A DNA stretch of 64,000 nucleotides, taken from Candidatus Babeliales bacterium (GTDB lineage: Bacteria > Babelota > Babeliae > Babelales > JANWKD01). How positions within the stretch are numbered: position 1 is the stretch's first letter; every line of letters starts with the position of its first letter. The stretch lies in the NCBI GenBank assembly GCA_963762115.1, contig CAVXJH010000003.1, forward strand, positions 224,001 through 288,000. Direction: 5' to 3'. Below, one piece after another: positions 30,122 through 40,855 of the stretch. The position numbers and the translations under genes were made by a program. The notes below the pieces were generated by a model. The model saw nothing but the letters and a program-made list of their open reading frames with translations. It made no database searches and was not told the DNA's origin.

Positions 30122-31495
30122 TTATACAATCCTACAGTCTTTGCCCTTTGGAGTATTTTTTGGTTTATCTGCATAATAACGTTGCAATGCAACATCATGG
30201 TTTTCTTGGTCTCCAACAATAATAACTGGCGAGACTTCAGATTCCTCAAGTTGCGCCATACCAATAGGGGTAGTTGGCGCTTGCCAAGAAAATGGCACCT
30301 GTTCATTTTCTTCAGTTACTATGTAATCAGAAGGCTCTTCGATCAATTTTTCAACAAAGCGCTTATTAACCGGTTCTTCTAAAGAACGTGGTCTTATGCT
30401 TTGAGATTTTTTCTTTTTAGGAAGTACTACAGAAGAAGACATCTTTGACAATTTCTTTTCTGTTCTCTTAAGCGGTGAGCCAGAAGGAGGCGTTTTAGAG
30501 GATCTTAAATTATCACTACCCAATGCACGTGATAATGCTTTTTCATTATATGAAGTAGGTCGAGGACTTTTTTTGTATCCTTCATGATTACCCTCATCAT
30601 CAATTAAAGGTTCATAATCATGATCAGATTCAGAATCTGTGTTACGAATGACAATGCTATCCGATTCAAAACTTTTTCTCGGCGTCGAATCATCAGATGA
30701 TCGTGATAAGCTTTTTGGCGTTATTGTTGCTGGACTTCCATCATCATCATCCTCTTCTGAACTTGAACTTGATTCATCAGAAGCATCATTTGATCCACCT
30801 GAAGAAAAATAACCACGATTTGGAGATGTTGGAGAAGTAATACGTCTATGCAAGTCCTGAAAATTTATACGAGGTACCTGTTGAAGATTAAGGCCATGTT
30901 TTGGTTTTCTTCTTGCGAATTCTTCACTATCATCCTCTTCTGAACTTGAAGATGTTGAAATATCATTATTTTTATCCAAATGTTTTAGTATATTAGATAA
31001 TTTTTTATCAATACTATCCATTCGCACAGAACTTTTTTTATAACAATTACATAGCCGAATGAGACCATTAGAACAAACATCAAGATTCTTTTGCATCTGA
31101 ATCATTGATGGCAATTCTTCGGCATATTGTTTGCCTATCCATTCTTGAAATAATTTTTGTATTTCTTCTTCAGAAATTCTTGGTGATGGTTGTTGCGGAT
31201 TAAGCTGAGCTTTTAATGTATTAAGTTCATTAGTAACTTTTTCAACTTCAGTTTCTTCTTTGGGCATTCTAAAAATAAAACGAAATGTTTTTTTTGCCAA
31301 AGGGGCACATTTTTCAACGGCAAATAAACCTACAACAACACAACAGGCACCTTTCCAAAAATCAACATCGCTTACATTGCTTAAATATTCCTTACCCGAA
31401 TCATAAAGCCAAGATAAAGGATGTGCTTCTAATGAATCAGATGAAAACAATAAGACACAAAAGAAACTTATCGCAATAATAAATTTTTTTTTCAT
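30122..31495 (-). CDS. Secreted Ser/acidic low-complexity protein with C-terminal CaaX-like motif
   Basis: Signal peptide; SSSSEEDD twice; many SP/TP sites; ends KGKDCRIV*. Confidence 0.7.
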   Translation of the reverse strand: MKKKFIIAISFFCVLLFSSDSLEAHPLSWLYDSGKEYLSNVSDVDFWKGACCVVVGLFAVEKCAPLAKKTFRFIFRMPKEETEVEKVTNELNTLKAQLNPQQPSPRISEEEIQKLFQEWIGKQYAEELPSMIQMQKNLDVCSNGLIRLCNCYKKSSVRMDSIDKKLSNILKHLDKNNDISTSSSSEEDDSEEFARRKPKHGLNLQQVPRINFQDLHRRITSPTSPNRGYFSSGGSNDASDESSSSSEEDDDDGSPATITPKSLSRSSDDSTPRKSFESDSIVIRNTDSESDHDYEPLIDDEGNHEGYKKSPRPTSYNEKALSRALGSDNLRSSKTPPSGSPLKRTEKKLSKMSSSVVLPKKKKSQSIRPRSLEEPVNKRFVEKLIEEPSDYIVTEENEQVPFSWQAPTTPIGMAQLEESEVSPVIIVGDQENHDVALQRYYADKPKNTPKGKDCRIV

Positions 31496-31589
31496 GATTT
31501 TTGCTCCAATATTTTTAAAACCTCTCATGAACATAGAGTACACTAGAAAAATATAATGAAGCAATAAAATGCATTAATTGGAGCATACT

Positions 31590-32405
31590 TCATTTTTTTA
31601 TTGCTTTTTTTAAGGTTTTTTTTGTTTTTGTTTTAGAATGATGACTTAGGCTAGCTTTAAGTGATTCCATGAGTGATTTATCACGTTTAATTTTTTTTGG
31701 CTTTTCCTCTAAAGAAATTTTTCTACGCCCTTTATTTTTTTTAATAGCAAGAGCAAGATTCTCAGCAAAAGTATCTTTAAGATGACTAATATCAAACTTT
31801 TTTTTTGTTCGCTGTGCAATTAATTGTAAGGCAAGTTTTAATTCATCATGTGGAATTGAGGGAATAACGTTTAATGTTTCTAAATATTCAAATTTTTTAA
31901 TTTCATAATCATAATTAAGTGTTGTAAGTAAGAGTCCATTTTGATAAGGCGAAATAACACATACATGTTCTTTATCTTTAATAACAAAAGTCCCAATTGC
32001 TACTTTATCAGCTTTATTTAATGCTGCAACAAAAAGAAAATACGATTTTTCACCAGTTTTTTTTGGTGCTAGATAATAATGGTTATCAAAATAAATTGGA
32101 TTAATTTGTATTGAATCAATAAATTCTGTAATGGTAATTGACTCAGTTTTAGTTGGTTTTAATGCACGTAAATTTTCTTGCGTAAGAATAAAATAAACGT
32201 CTTTTTTTAGCTTAAGTCCTTTAACGAGGTTATCCCAAAGAACTTCTTTTTGACAATGATCACACCAACGCTTATAAGAAATAGGGTTATTACAAGTGCC
32301 ACAAAGCATGGTAAAACCCAATATCTTTGATTCAACAGCAGTAAAAAGAGATACGGGAATAGTAACTAATCCAAAGGATAAAAAGCCTTGCCAAATTGGT
32401 TTCAT
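31590..32405 (-). CDS. ku: NHEJ DNA end-binding protein Ku
   Basis: IWQGFLSFGLVTIPV, YFDNHYYLAP, LMESLKASL, Lys-rich tail. Confidence 0.93.
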   Translation of the reverse strand: MKPIWQGFLSFGLVTIPVSLFTAVESKILGFTMLCGTCNNPISYKRWCDHCQKEVLWDNLVKGLKLKKDVYFILTQENLRALKPTKTESITITEFIDSIQINPIYFDNHYYLAPKKTGEKSYFLFVAALNKADKVAIGTFVIKDKEHVCVISPYQNGLLLTTLNYDYEIKKFEYLETLNVIPSIPHDELKLALQLIAQRTKKKFDISHLKDTFAENLALAIKKNKGRRKISLEEKPKKIKRDKSLMESLKASLSHHSKTKTKKTLKKAIKK

Positions 32406-32486
32406 TATTACACTCCATGTATTGATTTGTTTTTAGTAGTAACAAATAGCGTACATGAAACTCAAGAGATATACGTATAAAAAAAG

Positions 32487-33275
32487 TTATTCGTATCTTT
32501 CTAAGCGAGCCAACCCTAAATCTTTACTTTGTTCAAAACATCTTTTAAAAAAGTAAAGCGAGAGCACAAAATAAAGAATGCTTAAGAGAAAACCTTTTAT
32601 TAATAAACTTGTTGGCATTAATCCTGTCATAATAAAAGATCGTATACCTTCAAACAAATAAGGCTGAGGAAGACAATAAGCAAAAGATTGAAGCCATTGC
32701 GGTAACACAGAAAGAGGAAAAAAAATACCGCTTAAAGGAACAAATGCCCACACGCCAACCCACATAAGCCCTTCAACATTTTGCCCACGCATAACAATAC
32801 AAGATGCCGTCAAAAAACCAATACTCCACCCAACCAGAATAATTAAAGCAAGAAAGGGCACTAATTCCCAACCAATGCTTAATATGTTTAACGAATACAA
32901 AAACCAAATACAAAATACACCAAAAAACAAGGTAAAAATTGATTTTAATAAGCCAATAAAAACAACGGCTGTCATCCATTCATACAAAGTAAGTGGTGTT
33001 GAAAAGACATTACAAAAGTTATTTGATCGCAATTCATCAAGCAAACTATAACAAACTTCCATATTTGCACGAAAAAGAATTTGCCAAAAAAGTAATGCTG
33101 TTAATAACATAAAAGTAATAAGAGGTGATTCGTTTTGTCCATGCCAAAGACTATTGCATCCCCATAATATAATATTTAAAAGCGGCCAATACATAATATC
33201 AGTAAAGCGCTGAAAAACACGAAAAGTTAAAAGCAAATGGCGCAAAATCATAGCATTTATTCTATATATTTCCAT
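32487..33275 (-). CDS. ABC-2 type exporter permease
   Basis: Six TM-like segments; SGIFFPLSVLPQWLQ. Confidence 0.85.
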   Translation of the reverse strand: MEIYRINAMILRHLLLTFRVFQRFTDIMYWPLLNIILWGCNSLWHGQNESPLITFMLLTALLFWQILFRANMEVCYSLLDELRSNNFCNVFSTPLTLYEWMTAVVFIGLLKSIFTLFFGVFCIWFLYSLNILSIGWELVPFLALIILVGWSIGFLTASCIVMRGQNVEGLMWVGVWAFVPLSGIFFPLSVLPQWLQSFAYCLPQPYLFEGIRSFIMTGLMPTSLLIKGFLLSILYFVLSLYFFKRCFEQSKDLGLARLERYE

Positions 33276-33285
33276 AAAATATCTC

Positions 33286-34248
33286 TCAATTTTTCTTTAA
33301 AATATGTAAAAAATAATCTTCCAAAGTTGGCTTTTCAATAGAAATTTGAGAATAATCAACACCAATTTTAGCAAGTCCAACTAAAAGGTTAGCAACATCA
33401 TGTTCATCAACTTGAATTTCTATGAAATGCTCTTTTATTTCAGAGCGCCAATTTCGCTGATTGACATATTCTTGAACCTTTGCAAAATCGTGAGTTTCCA
33501 TCATAAGGTTAACGCGTGTTTTTGAAATGCTTGCTGCAATTTCTTGAGGTTTATTATCAGCAATGATAATGCCATTTTTTAAGATTAATACGCGATCACA
33601 AATTTGTTCTACTTCAGCCATATTATGAGAGGTAAATAACACAGAAATATTTCGTTCCTTTTGTTGTTTAACAATAAAATTTTTCACATCTTCTGCCACA
33701 TCAGGATCAAGTGAAGCAGTTGGTTCATCTAATAATACAATTTTTGGGTCAGCAAGAAATGCTTTTGCAAGCATCACTCGCGTCATTTGACCCGCTGATA
33801 AAGGACCGGCATATTTATGACGAACTTCCCACATGCCAAACAAAGTAAGATATTCTTCAATTTTTAGAGCTCTTTCTTTGGCAGAAAGACCATATATTCT
33901 GCCATAAATATCAAGATTTTCATAAATAGTTAATCTGCCGGGAAGTTTTGTATAGGCGCTGGCAAATGCAATGTGTTGCAATATTTCAGAGCGATGAGTG
34001 AAAAAATTCTTGCCGAAATAATTAATTACACCAGATGTTGGCGTCATCAAACTCAATAACATTTGAATGGTAGTGGTTTTTCCTGCTCCATTAGGACCAA
34101 GAAAGCCTAAAATCTCACCTTCATGCAAGGTAAACGAAATATTATTTACTGCAACGAATGACTTTTGGTTTTTGCCAAACCATTTTTTCTGTGAGAATAT
34201 TTTTGTTAACCCATCAACAGTAAGTACTGATTTTTTTTTATCTAACAT
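33286..34248 (-). CDS. ABC exporter ATP-binding protein
   Basis: GPNGAGKTT, LSAGQ, LLDEPT, TSH. Confidence 0.92.
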   Translation of the reverse strand: MLDKKKSVLTVDGLTKIFSQKKWFGKNQKSFVAVNNISFTLHEGEILGFLGPNGAGKTTTIQMLLSLMTPTSGVINYFGKNFFTHRSEILQHIAFASAYTKLPGRLTIYENLDIYGRIYGLSAKERALKIEEYLTLFGMWEVRHKYAGPLSAGQMTRVMLAKAFLADPKIVLLDEPTASLDPDVAEDVKNFIVKQQKERNISVLFTSHNMAEVEQICDRVLILKNGIIIADNKPQEIAASISKTRVNLMMETHDFAKVQEYVNQRNWRSEIKEHFIEIQVDEHDVANLLVGLAKIGVDYSQISIEKPTLEDYFLHILKKN

Positions 34249-34429
34249 TTTTTCACCTGCTATAAATATTTTTTATAGTCTAACATTATCTGTTGATAAC
34301 AGCAATGCATTACTGTTGGCAATAAAAAAAAATAATTATTTATAAAATATATTGCATTTAATTTGCTGAAATTGGTACTCTAACTCTAAGTTATAGAAAA
34401 AAACTATGACTAAAAATTAGGGGGAAACA

Positions 34430-35398
34430 ATGAAGAGTGCTCTTATGGTGATTAGTGCCTTATTAATTCCATCGTTATTATTAGGTGCTGAACCAAATTT
34501 CACCATACACTTTCCTCTTGAAACGATTACCACCCACTCAACTGTTTATTTATCTGCTCATGGTTTAGGCGCAACTCAAAATCAAGCACAAGCCTTATTG
34601 CCCGATAACAATAAATATTGGATTATTAACAAACCTTTAGCTGTATTTGATTTTCCTGATGCAAAGCCTACTCACATGGAATATGATACTAAACAAGTAA
34701 ATTTAGGACAGCAACCAGATATTGATCGATTGCGTTATGCTTATTATAAAACTCGTCAAGAATTACCAAATCATGATATTGTTCTGACTGGTATTTCACG
34801 AGGAGCGGTTACTGCATTCAATTGTATGGCTTTACATCAGCTTGAAAATGTAAAAGCATTAGTGCTTGAATCACCATTTGATACTTTTAATAATGTGGTG
34901 AAACATTTATTGCGAAGATTTCATATTGGTTGGATTCCCTTTTCTAAAAAGTTAGCAATTAGATATGTCAAAAAAACATTTCCATCATTTGACATAAATG
35001 GTGTTTTTCCGCTTAATGTTGCACATATGATGCCATGTGATATGCCAATATTATTGTTTCATGGACGACTCGATAGAACTATCCCTTTAAAAAGTTCTTG
35101 TCTTATTTATTGCGCATTACTTGAAAATGGCAATAAAAATGTTTATTTATTAATAGTTGATGAAGGGGATCATGGTAAATTAATTACCGGCCCACAAGGT
35201 GAACTTATTCAAAATGTTACTCATGCATTTTATAAAAAACATAATTTACCACATGATCCAATTTTTGCTCAACGCGGTGAAGCGGCTTTGAAAAATTGTC
35301 AGCCTAGTTTGCAAGAAATGAAAAAATATATGAAAAAATTAAAAAAACTAAGAAAAAAGATGAACAAAAGCAACCTCGAAACATTCGATCTTGTTTAA
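34430..35398 (+). CDS. Secreted alpha/beta hydrolase
   Basis: HGLG, GISRG nucleophile elbow, LESPF, HG.LD.TIP, H. Confidence 0.8.
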   Translation: MKSALMVISALLIPSLLLGAEPNFTIHFPLETITTHSTVYLSAHGLGATQNQAQALLPDNNKYWIINKPLAVFDFPDAKPTHMEYDTKQVNLGQQPDIDRLRYAYYKTRQELPNHDIVLTGISRGAVTAFNCMALHQLENVKALVLESPFDTFNNVVKHLLRRFHIGWIPFSKKLAIRYVKKTFPSFDINGVFPLNVAHMMPCDMPILLFHGRLDRTIPLKSSCLIYCALLENGNKNVYLLIVDEGDHGKLITGPQGELIQNVTHAFYKKHNLPHDPIFAQRGEAALKNCQPSLQEMKKYMKKLKKLRKKMNKSNLETFDLV

Positions 35399-35430
35399 TT
35401 CTTGAACAAAAAATAGTTACTCCAGAAAAC

Positions 35431-35471
35431 AAAAAAACGTTAATAGCAGAAATGCCATTAACGTTTTTTTT
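35431..35471. terminator. Bidirectional terminator
   Basis: aaaaaaacgttaatagca...tgccattaacgttttttt. Confidence 0.7.
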
Positions 35472-35553
35472 AATTTTAAGTTTTGTGCTTTTTATTTTAA
35501 AAAAGCAGGTGAAGCGATTAATAAAACGAAATACATGACAAATTAAAATTATT

Positions 35554-36491
35554 TTAATGCTTTTTTTTCAAATCAAAATAACCTTGCCTCTTCTCTTCAC
35601 TATATACGCAATAAAGGCCAGACAAAAGAATCATTATAGAAAATACAAAATAGATGGAAATTGATTCGCTAAGAAAAAACCACCCAAACAAAGCCGCAAA
35701 TGCCGGTGTCATCAATTCGCCAAAGGTGACCAAGGTGGCCGTGTATTTTTTCAAGAGGTAACCATACAATAAATAACAAATTATATTACCAAAAAGAATT
35801 ATTAAAGTGAGGTATAGAAGAAATGGTTGCAACTCAGTTATAGGAAACCATTGAGAAATCCATAGGGGATTAACGTGACTGTCGTTTCAAAAATATAGGA
35901 AGTAATAAGTGCTGCAATACCGCCAAAAAACATACCAACACCATTAATGAATATTATTGGCAAAGCATGTTTTTTAATACCTTTTCTAATAACAACCCAA
36001 CCATAAGCAAATGAAGTTATCGCAGCAAATATTGCTAATTCTGGTAATGAAACGAATAAAACATTGCGACCTTCTGATGATGATGATGAAAAAATAATTG
36101 GTAATGAACCAAGCAAACTCAGTCCAAGCCCAACAGCTTTTTTAATGGTCATTTTTTCATGAAAAATGTAATAAGAAAAAAGCGCTGCAATTGCAGGAGA
36201 AAGACTAAATAAAAATGCTGTTTTTGCTGAAGTCATATATTGCAAAGACCAAAATTCCATGGTATAGGCAAAATAAAAACAGAAAAAGGAAACTTGTGCA
36301 AAAAGCACGTAATCCTGCTTATACAATTTTGGAAACTGTTTGTTTTTTAAATAATAATAAACAAGAAAAATAAAACCAGCAATAATAAGGCGAATGCTAA
36401 TTAGAAAAATTGGCGGTGAATAATTGAGAAGAATTTTTCCTAATGTATAAGTGCTTGCAGAAAAAGCAGAAAGTAACATTAACGGTAGCAT
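35554..36491 (-). pseudogene. EamA/DMT transporter split by a frameshift near 35840-35890 (pseudogene or sequencing error)
   Basis: ORFs 35838-36491 and 35554-35832 together align along the intact paralog 50572-51465. Confidence 0.75.
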
Positions 36492-36503
36492 TTTTTTCCT
36501 TTT

Positions 36504-37358
36504 TTATTCTTTTTCATCGCTGACAAGATGAATGTCTTCATCAACAATACGAACTCGTTGAATATTCGTTGCCTTGCCACTTGCCGTATCAATTTCAACC
36601 CAAACACCAGATAACACCATAGGGCCTTGTATGTCAACTTCAAACTTTTGTGGCATTTGTGTTAAAAAGTTTTTTATGATTGATTCTTTTTTCATACCAA
36701 TCATAGAGTTGAGAGAACCTGCCATACCAAGATCAGTAATATAAGCAGTGCCATTTGGTAAAATTCTTTCATCAGCAGTTTGCACATGCGTATGAGTACC
36801 CACCAATGCACTGACCCGCCCATCAAGATAATAGGCAAGAGCCATTTTTTCAGATGTTGTCTCTGCATGAAAATCAACAAGAATTATTGATGTTCGAGAC
36901 TTTAAAAAAGTTAAGGCAGAGTCAGCCGCGCGAAACGGATCACTCACGTGTTCACGCATGAAAACTCTGCCTTGTAAATTTAAAACCCCAATAGAATAAC
37001 CACCACATTGATATATGCCAACACCACTACCCGGACAATCACTAGGAAAATTGTCTGGCCTCAAAAGATCTTTATTTTCTGATAGATAAGAATATATTTC
37101 TTTATTATGCCAAATATGATTGCCCGATGTAACAACGTCAACGCCATTGTGTTTAAAAAAGCGTACAATGCGCGAGGTAATGCCTCTACCTTGGCAACTA
37201 TTTTCTCCGTTTAAAACAACGAAATTAATTGAATGTTTGCTTTTAAGCTCATTAATATGCTTTTGGAAAATAATTCTTCCTGGAGATCCAACAATGTCTC
37301 CTAATAGCAAAACTCGTATTTTTGTACTCATAGTTACCTTATTATCTTGCATATTCAA
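36504..37358 (-). CDS. ymdB: YmdB-like metallophosphoesterase
   Basis: GDIVG, NGEN, TSGNH, DFHAETTSEK, GTHTHVQTAD; follows rny; exact start uncertain. Confidence 0.92.
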   Translation of the reverse strand: MNMQDNKVTMSTKIRVLLLGDIVGSPGRIIFQKHINELKSKHSINFVVLNGENSCQGRGITSRIVRFFKHNGVDVVTSGNHIWHNKEIYSYLSENKDLLRPDNFPSDCPGSGVGIYQCGGYSIGVLNLQGRVFMREHVSDPFRAADSALTFLKSRTSIILVDFHAETTSEKMALAYYLDGRVSALVGTHTHVQTADERILPNGTAYITDLGMAGSLNSMIGMKKESIIKNFLTQMPQKFEVDIQGPMVLSGVWVEIDTASGKATNIQRVRIVDEDIHLVSDEKE

Positions 37359-38910
37359 TTGAACGTTTTTCGCGAATAACGTTAATTTTGATTTGTCCTG
37401 GGAATGTCATTTCTTGTTCGACTTTCTTTGCAAGATCACGAGCTAGAATTGCTGCTTTTTCATCGTCCATGAATTCTTCTTCAACAATAACTCTAATTTC
37501 TCTTCCTGCCTGCAAAGCATAAGCTTTTTTAATACCATCAAATGATAACGCAATCTCTTCAAGCTTTTCAAGACGTTTTATATACGCAGACAATGTTTCG
37601 CGACGAGCTCCTGGACGAGATGCAGAAATTGTATCGGCAATCATTACAATTGGGCCATACAATGAAGTAAAGGGAACTTCTTCATGATGGGCTGCAATTG
37701 CATTGACAACCATTGGGTCTTCACCACATCGCTTTGCAATATCAGCACCAATAAGGGCATGTGGACCTTCAACTTCAGCGGTGACCGCTTTACCAATATC
37801 ATGTAAAAGTCCGCATCGTAATGCGATGGTACCATCTAATCCAAGTTCTTCGGCAATCATGCGAGCAAAAATACCAACTTCTTTACAATGCTCTAAAACA
37901 TTTTGTGAAAAACTAGTTCTGAAGTGTAATTTACCAAGCAAGGTAACAATTTCATGGTTAACTCCTTGTAAATTAAATTCGAGTACAACTTCCTTGCCAT
38001 ATTCTTCAATAATTTCATCAATATCTTTTTCACATTGTGCAACCGTCTCTTCAATGCGCGTGGGATTAATTCTACCATCGGCAATTAATTTTTCTAAGGC
38101 ACGTTTTGCAACTTCACGGCGAATCGGATTAAAACCAGAGATCGTTATTATTTCAGGTGCATCACCAATAACAAATTCCATACCGGTTGCCATTTCAAGT
38201 GATTTAATATTTCTTCCTTCTTTTCCAATGATCCGTCCCTTCATCTCTTCATTGGGAAGATGAACAACACCAGAAGAATGCGGTGCCACTTGATCGGCAG
38301 TATAACGTTGCATTGCACTTACCACTAATTGAATCGATCGATCCTTAGCTGTTGTGCGAACATCTTCTTCAACTTTTTGTATCCATTTTTCGCTGGTTAA
38401 TCTAACTTCAGCTTGTAAGGTATCAAAGAGTGATTGTCGAGCTTCATCGCGAGTCATGCCGCTAATATTTTCTAATTTTGCAATAAGTTCAGTATATAAA
38501 GATTTAATCTTATTTTCATCAATGCGCAGCCTATCATTTACGCGTGATATGTTGCGCTCTTTTTGTTGTAACTCTTGACTGAGATCGTCGAGACGTTGTT
38601 CTTTTTTTTCAATATTTTCATATTTAGTGTTAATTTTTGTTTGAAATCGTTCAAGCTCAAGACGCTCGCGCTTAATCTCAAGATCAAATTCATTTTTTCG
38701 TTTATGTAGTTCATCTTTTAGCTTTAATGAAGCTTCACGGCGTTCAACTTCAACATCTCGTTTAACATGTTTCCATTTTTCTTGAGCTTCATTGGCGAGC
38801 AAAGAAGCCTTATCAATTTTTCGTTTTGCAAAAATTAATAAAAAAATTGCAATACCAATGCTTATAAAACTGAGTAAACCCAGTAATCCAAAAGTCAAAA
38901 ATTCCATCAT
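37342..38910 (-). CDS. rny: Ribonuclease Y
   Basis: N-terminal TM, coiled coil, KH (GRIIGKEGRNI), HD (LLHDIGK). Confidence 0.97.
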   Translation of the reverse strand: MMEFLTFGLLGLLSFISIGIAIFLLIFAKRKIDKASLLANEAQEKWKHVKRDVEVERREASLKLKDELHKRKNEFDLEIKRERLELERFQTKINTKYENIEKKEQRLDDLSQELQQKERNISRVNDRLRIDENKIKSLYTELIAKLENISGMTRDEARQSLFDTLQAEVRLTSEKWIQKVEEDVRTTAKDRSIQLVVSAMQRYTADQVAPHSSGVVHLPNEEMKGRIIGKEGRNIKSLEMATGMEFVIGDAPEIITISGFNPIRREVAKRALEKLIADGRINPTRIEETVAQCEKDIDEIIEEYGKEVVLEFNLQGVNHEIVTLLGKLHFRTSFSQNVLEHCKEVGIFARMIAEELGLDGTIALRCGLLHDIGKAVTAEVEGPHALIGADIAKRCGEDPMVVNAIAAHHEEVPFTSLYGPIVMIADTISASRPGARRETLSAYIKRLEKLEEIALSFDGIKKAYALQAGREIRVIVEEEFMDDEKAAILARDLAKKVEQEMTFPGQIKINVIREKRSIEYAR

Positions 38911-39083
38911 TATAAAATCCTATTATTTAATGCAATAAAATACTATAAATTACCCGTCAATAGTAAACATACTATCATAAAACGAGGTTAAAATTTAGTA
39001 ATAAAGTTTTCAAAAAAGTGTGGGAAATAAAGAGTAGCACATTATAAAGAATGTGTTTAAGTTAATGGAACATGGTACAAAAT

Positions 39084-39359
39084 TTATAATGCAGAAGGTA
39101 TTGATGCAATAAGATGTTTTATAAAAGCCTTAGTATCATCGTATTCCAATTTGCCAGAATGTAAGTCCAAAGCAATTTTCAAAGCTGCCAACACGGCAAT
39201 TTTTTGCAAAGGCATCTCAGGTGCTTTTGCAGCAATTTCATGCATAAGTTGGTCAATATGACACGCTGCAGAAATTACGCGTTGTTCTGGCTCATCACTA
39301 AGAATGCTATAAGAATCACCGAAAACAGTAAGGCTATATTTTTTTACTTCAGGTTTCAT
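39084..39359 (-). CDS. zapA: Cell division protein ZapA
   Basis: VFGDSY, KIAVLAALKIA; synteny with rny. Confidence 0.85.
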   Translation of the reverse strand: MKPEVKKYSLTVFGDSYSILSDEPEQRVISAACHIDQLMHEIAAKAPEMPLQKIAVLAALKIALDLHSGKLEYDDTKAFIKHLIASIPSAL

Positions 39360-39580
39360 TGTTGATCTTGATTACCTATAAGTGAATCAATATTCTTAAT
39401 AAGATCATCAACAGCGGTTCGCGTTAATGCTTTCTCTTCTTCAAAGCATTCTTTGCCGCGAAGCATAGACGTTTCTAAAACATCTATTTTATCAAGTAAA
39501 GCAGTATTTTCTACTTTTAATTCTTTAATACGTTCTATAAGTTGCGCTATTTTTAACTCTAAAATTTGTAATGTTTCCAT
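39356..39580 (-). CDS. ZapB-like coiled-coil protein
   Basis: LELKIAQLIERIKELKVEN; AAGGAG RBS; upstream of zapA. Confidence 0.7.
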   Translation of the reverse strand: METLQILELKIAQLIERIKELKVENTALLDKIDVLETSMLRGKECFEEEKALTRTAVDDLIKNIDSLIGNQDQQ

Positions 39581-39667
39581 TAACTCTCCTTTTTTACTTA
39601 GATTTATTATTACTATCAAAAGTAACTCTATACCAATTCTAAGTAGCCACACTCATAGTTGTCAAGA

Positions 39668-40015
39668 TTATTTCTTTACAAACGTAACTAAGAGTGAAAA
39701 TGCAGCTGGATCATAAATAGCAAGCTGGCTTAACATCTTTCGATTAAGTTCAATTTTTGCTACTTTCAAGCCATGTATCATTTTATTATATGACAAGCCA
39801 TGTTTTTTTGAAGCTGCGCCAATTCTCGTAATAAAAAGTGCACGCATATCACGTTTTTTTAGCTTACGACCTTTATAAGCAAATGCCATAGCGCGCAACA
39901 ATGTTTCTTTAGCTCGCTTAATAACATTTTTTCTTTGGCCCCAGAAGCCTTTAGCTTGCTTTAAAATTCGTTTATGTCTTTTTTTGGTATTTATACCGCG
40001 TTTTACTCTTGTCAT
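39668..40015 (-). CDS. rplT: 50S ribosomal protein L20
   Basis: MTRVKRG, LNRKMLS. Confidence 0.98.
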   Translation of the reverse strand: MTRVKRGINTKKRHKRILKQAKGFWGQRKNVIKRAKETLLRAMAFAYKGRKLKKRDMRALFITRIGAASKKHGLSYNKMIHGLKVAKIELNRKMLSQLAIYDPAAFSLLVTFVKK

Positions 40016-40069
40016 TAATTAAATCCTTATTCTTATTATACTAACATTAAAACCTAATAAATAATCTTA

Positions 40070-40261
40070 TTAGGGAAGCAATGGTGCTATTGTATGGTAA
40101 TCAGCTTTATTGACATATGCTGATTGTCGCATGGTTCTCTTTTTACGAGTAGATTTTTTAGTTAAAAGATGGCGCCTGCCAGCCTTTGTATATTTAATTA
40201 AGCCACTTTTAAGCTTTTTAAATCGTTTGCTTGCGCCAGAATGAGTTTTCTTTTTTGGCAT
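40070..40261 (-). CDS. rpmI: 50S ribosomal protein L35
   Basis: MPKKKTHSGASKRF, HLLTKK. Confidence 0.97.
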   Translation of the reverse strand: MPKKKTHSGASKRFKKLKSGLIKYTKAGRRHLLTKKSTRKKRTMRQSAYVNKADYHTIAPLLP

Positions 40262-40284
40262 TTTAATTCCCTAATATGTTTTTA

Positions 40285-40833
40285 CTATTTTCCAGACTTT
40301 ACATAATATGTTCTTGACCACAATTGACCAAGCTTTGCATCTTTTTCTTGCATGAGATTGGCAACGCCGCTCTCTTGAAAGAAGGCATCGATTTTTTCAA
40401 AAAGTTGAGACCCTCGCTCTTCTTTATTGACAATTTCACGACCCCTAAATGCTACGGTAATTTTAAGATGTTTTCCTTCTTGCAAGAACTGAACACCTTG
40501 ATTCATTTTTGTTTTGAAATCATGTTCGCCAATTTTTGGTCGCACTTTAATTTCTTTAACTTGAATTATTTTTTGATGTTTTTTTGCTTCAGACTGCTTC
40601 TTCTTTTTTGCATATAATGCCTTACCAAAATCCATGATCTTAGTAAGAGGAAATCCATCACTGCCACTCTCAGCTATTAGCACTAAATCAAGACCGGCCA
40701 TTTGTGCCAATCTTAACGCCTCATCACGAGAAACAACCCCAATATTCTGTCCTTCATGCGTTATTAGTTGCACTTTAGGAAAACGAATATTTTCGTTAAT
40801 TGGTTGTGTATTTTTTTCAGCTTTTGTAATCAT
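40285..40833 (-). CDS. infC: Translation initiation factor IF-3
   Basis: INENI, LDLV, KIMDFGK, FRGRE; infC-rpmI-rplT order. Confidence 0.97.
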   Translation of the reverse strand: MITKAEKNTQPINENIRFPKVQLITHEGQNIGVVSRDEALRLAQMAGLDLVLIAESGSDGFPLTKIMDFGKALYAKKKKQSEAKKHQKIIQVKEIKVRPKIGEHDFKTKMNQGVQFLQEGKHLKITVAFRGREIVNKEERGSQLFEKIDAFFQESGVANLMQEKDAKLGQLWSRTYYVKSGK

Positions 40834-40855
40834 TGTTAATTATACTAATCCTTTA

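Noticed and set aside
31590..32405. Orphan Ku as a novel system
   Set aside because: ligD is often unlinked and may lie outside this window.
37703..38263. Long antisense ORFs inside rny, dnaK and other genes
   Set aside because: Shadow frames of well-conserved genes.
38911..39083. 6S RNA at its common position downstream of zapA
   Set aside because: The region is very AT-rich with only a short hairpin; no long closing stem or central bubble was visible.
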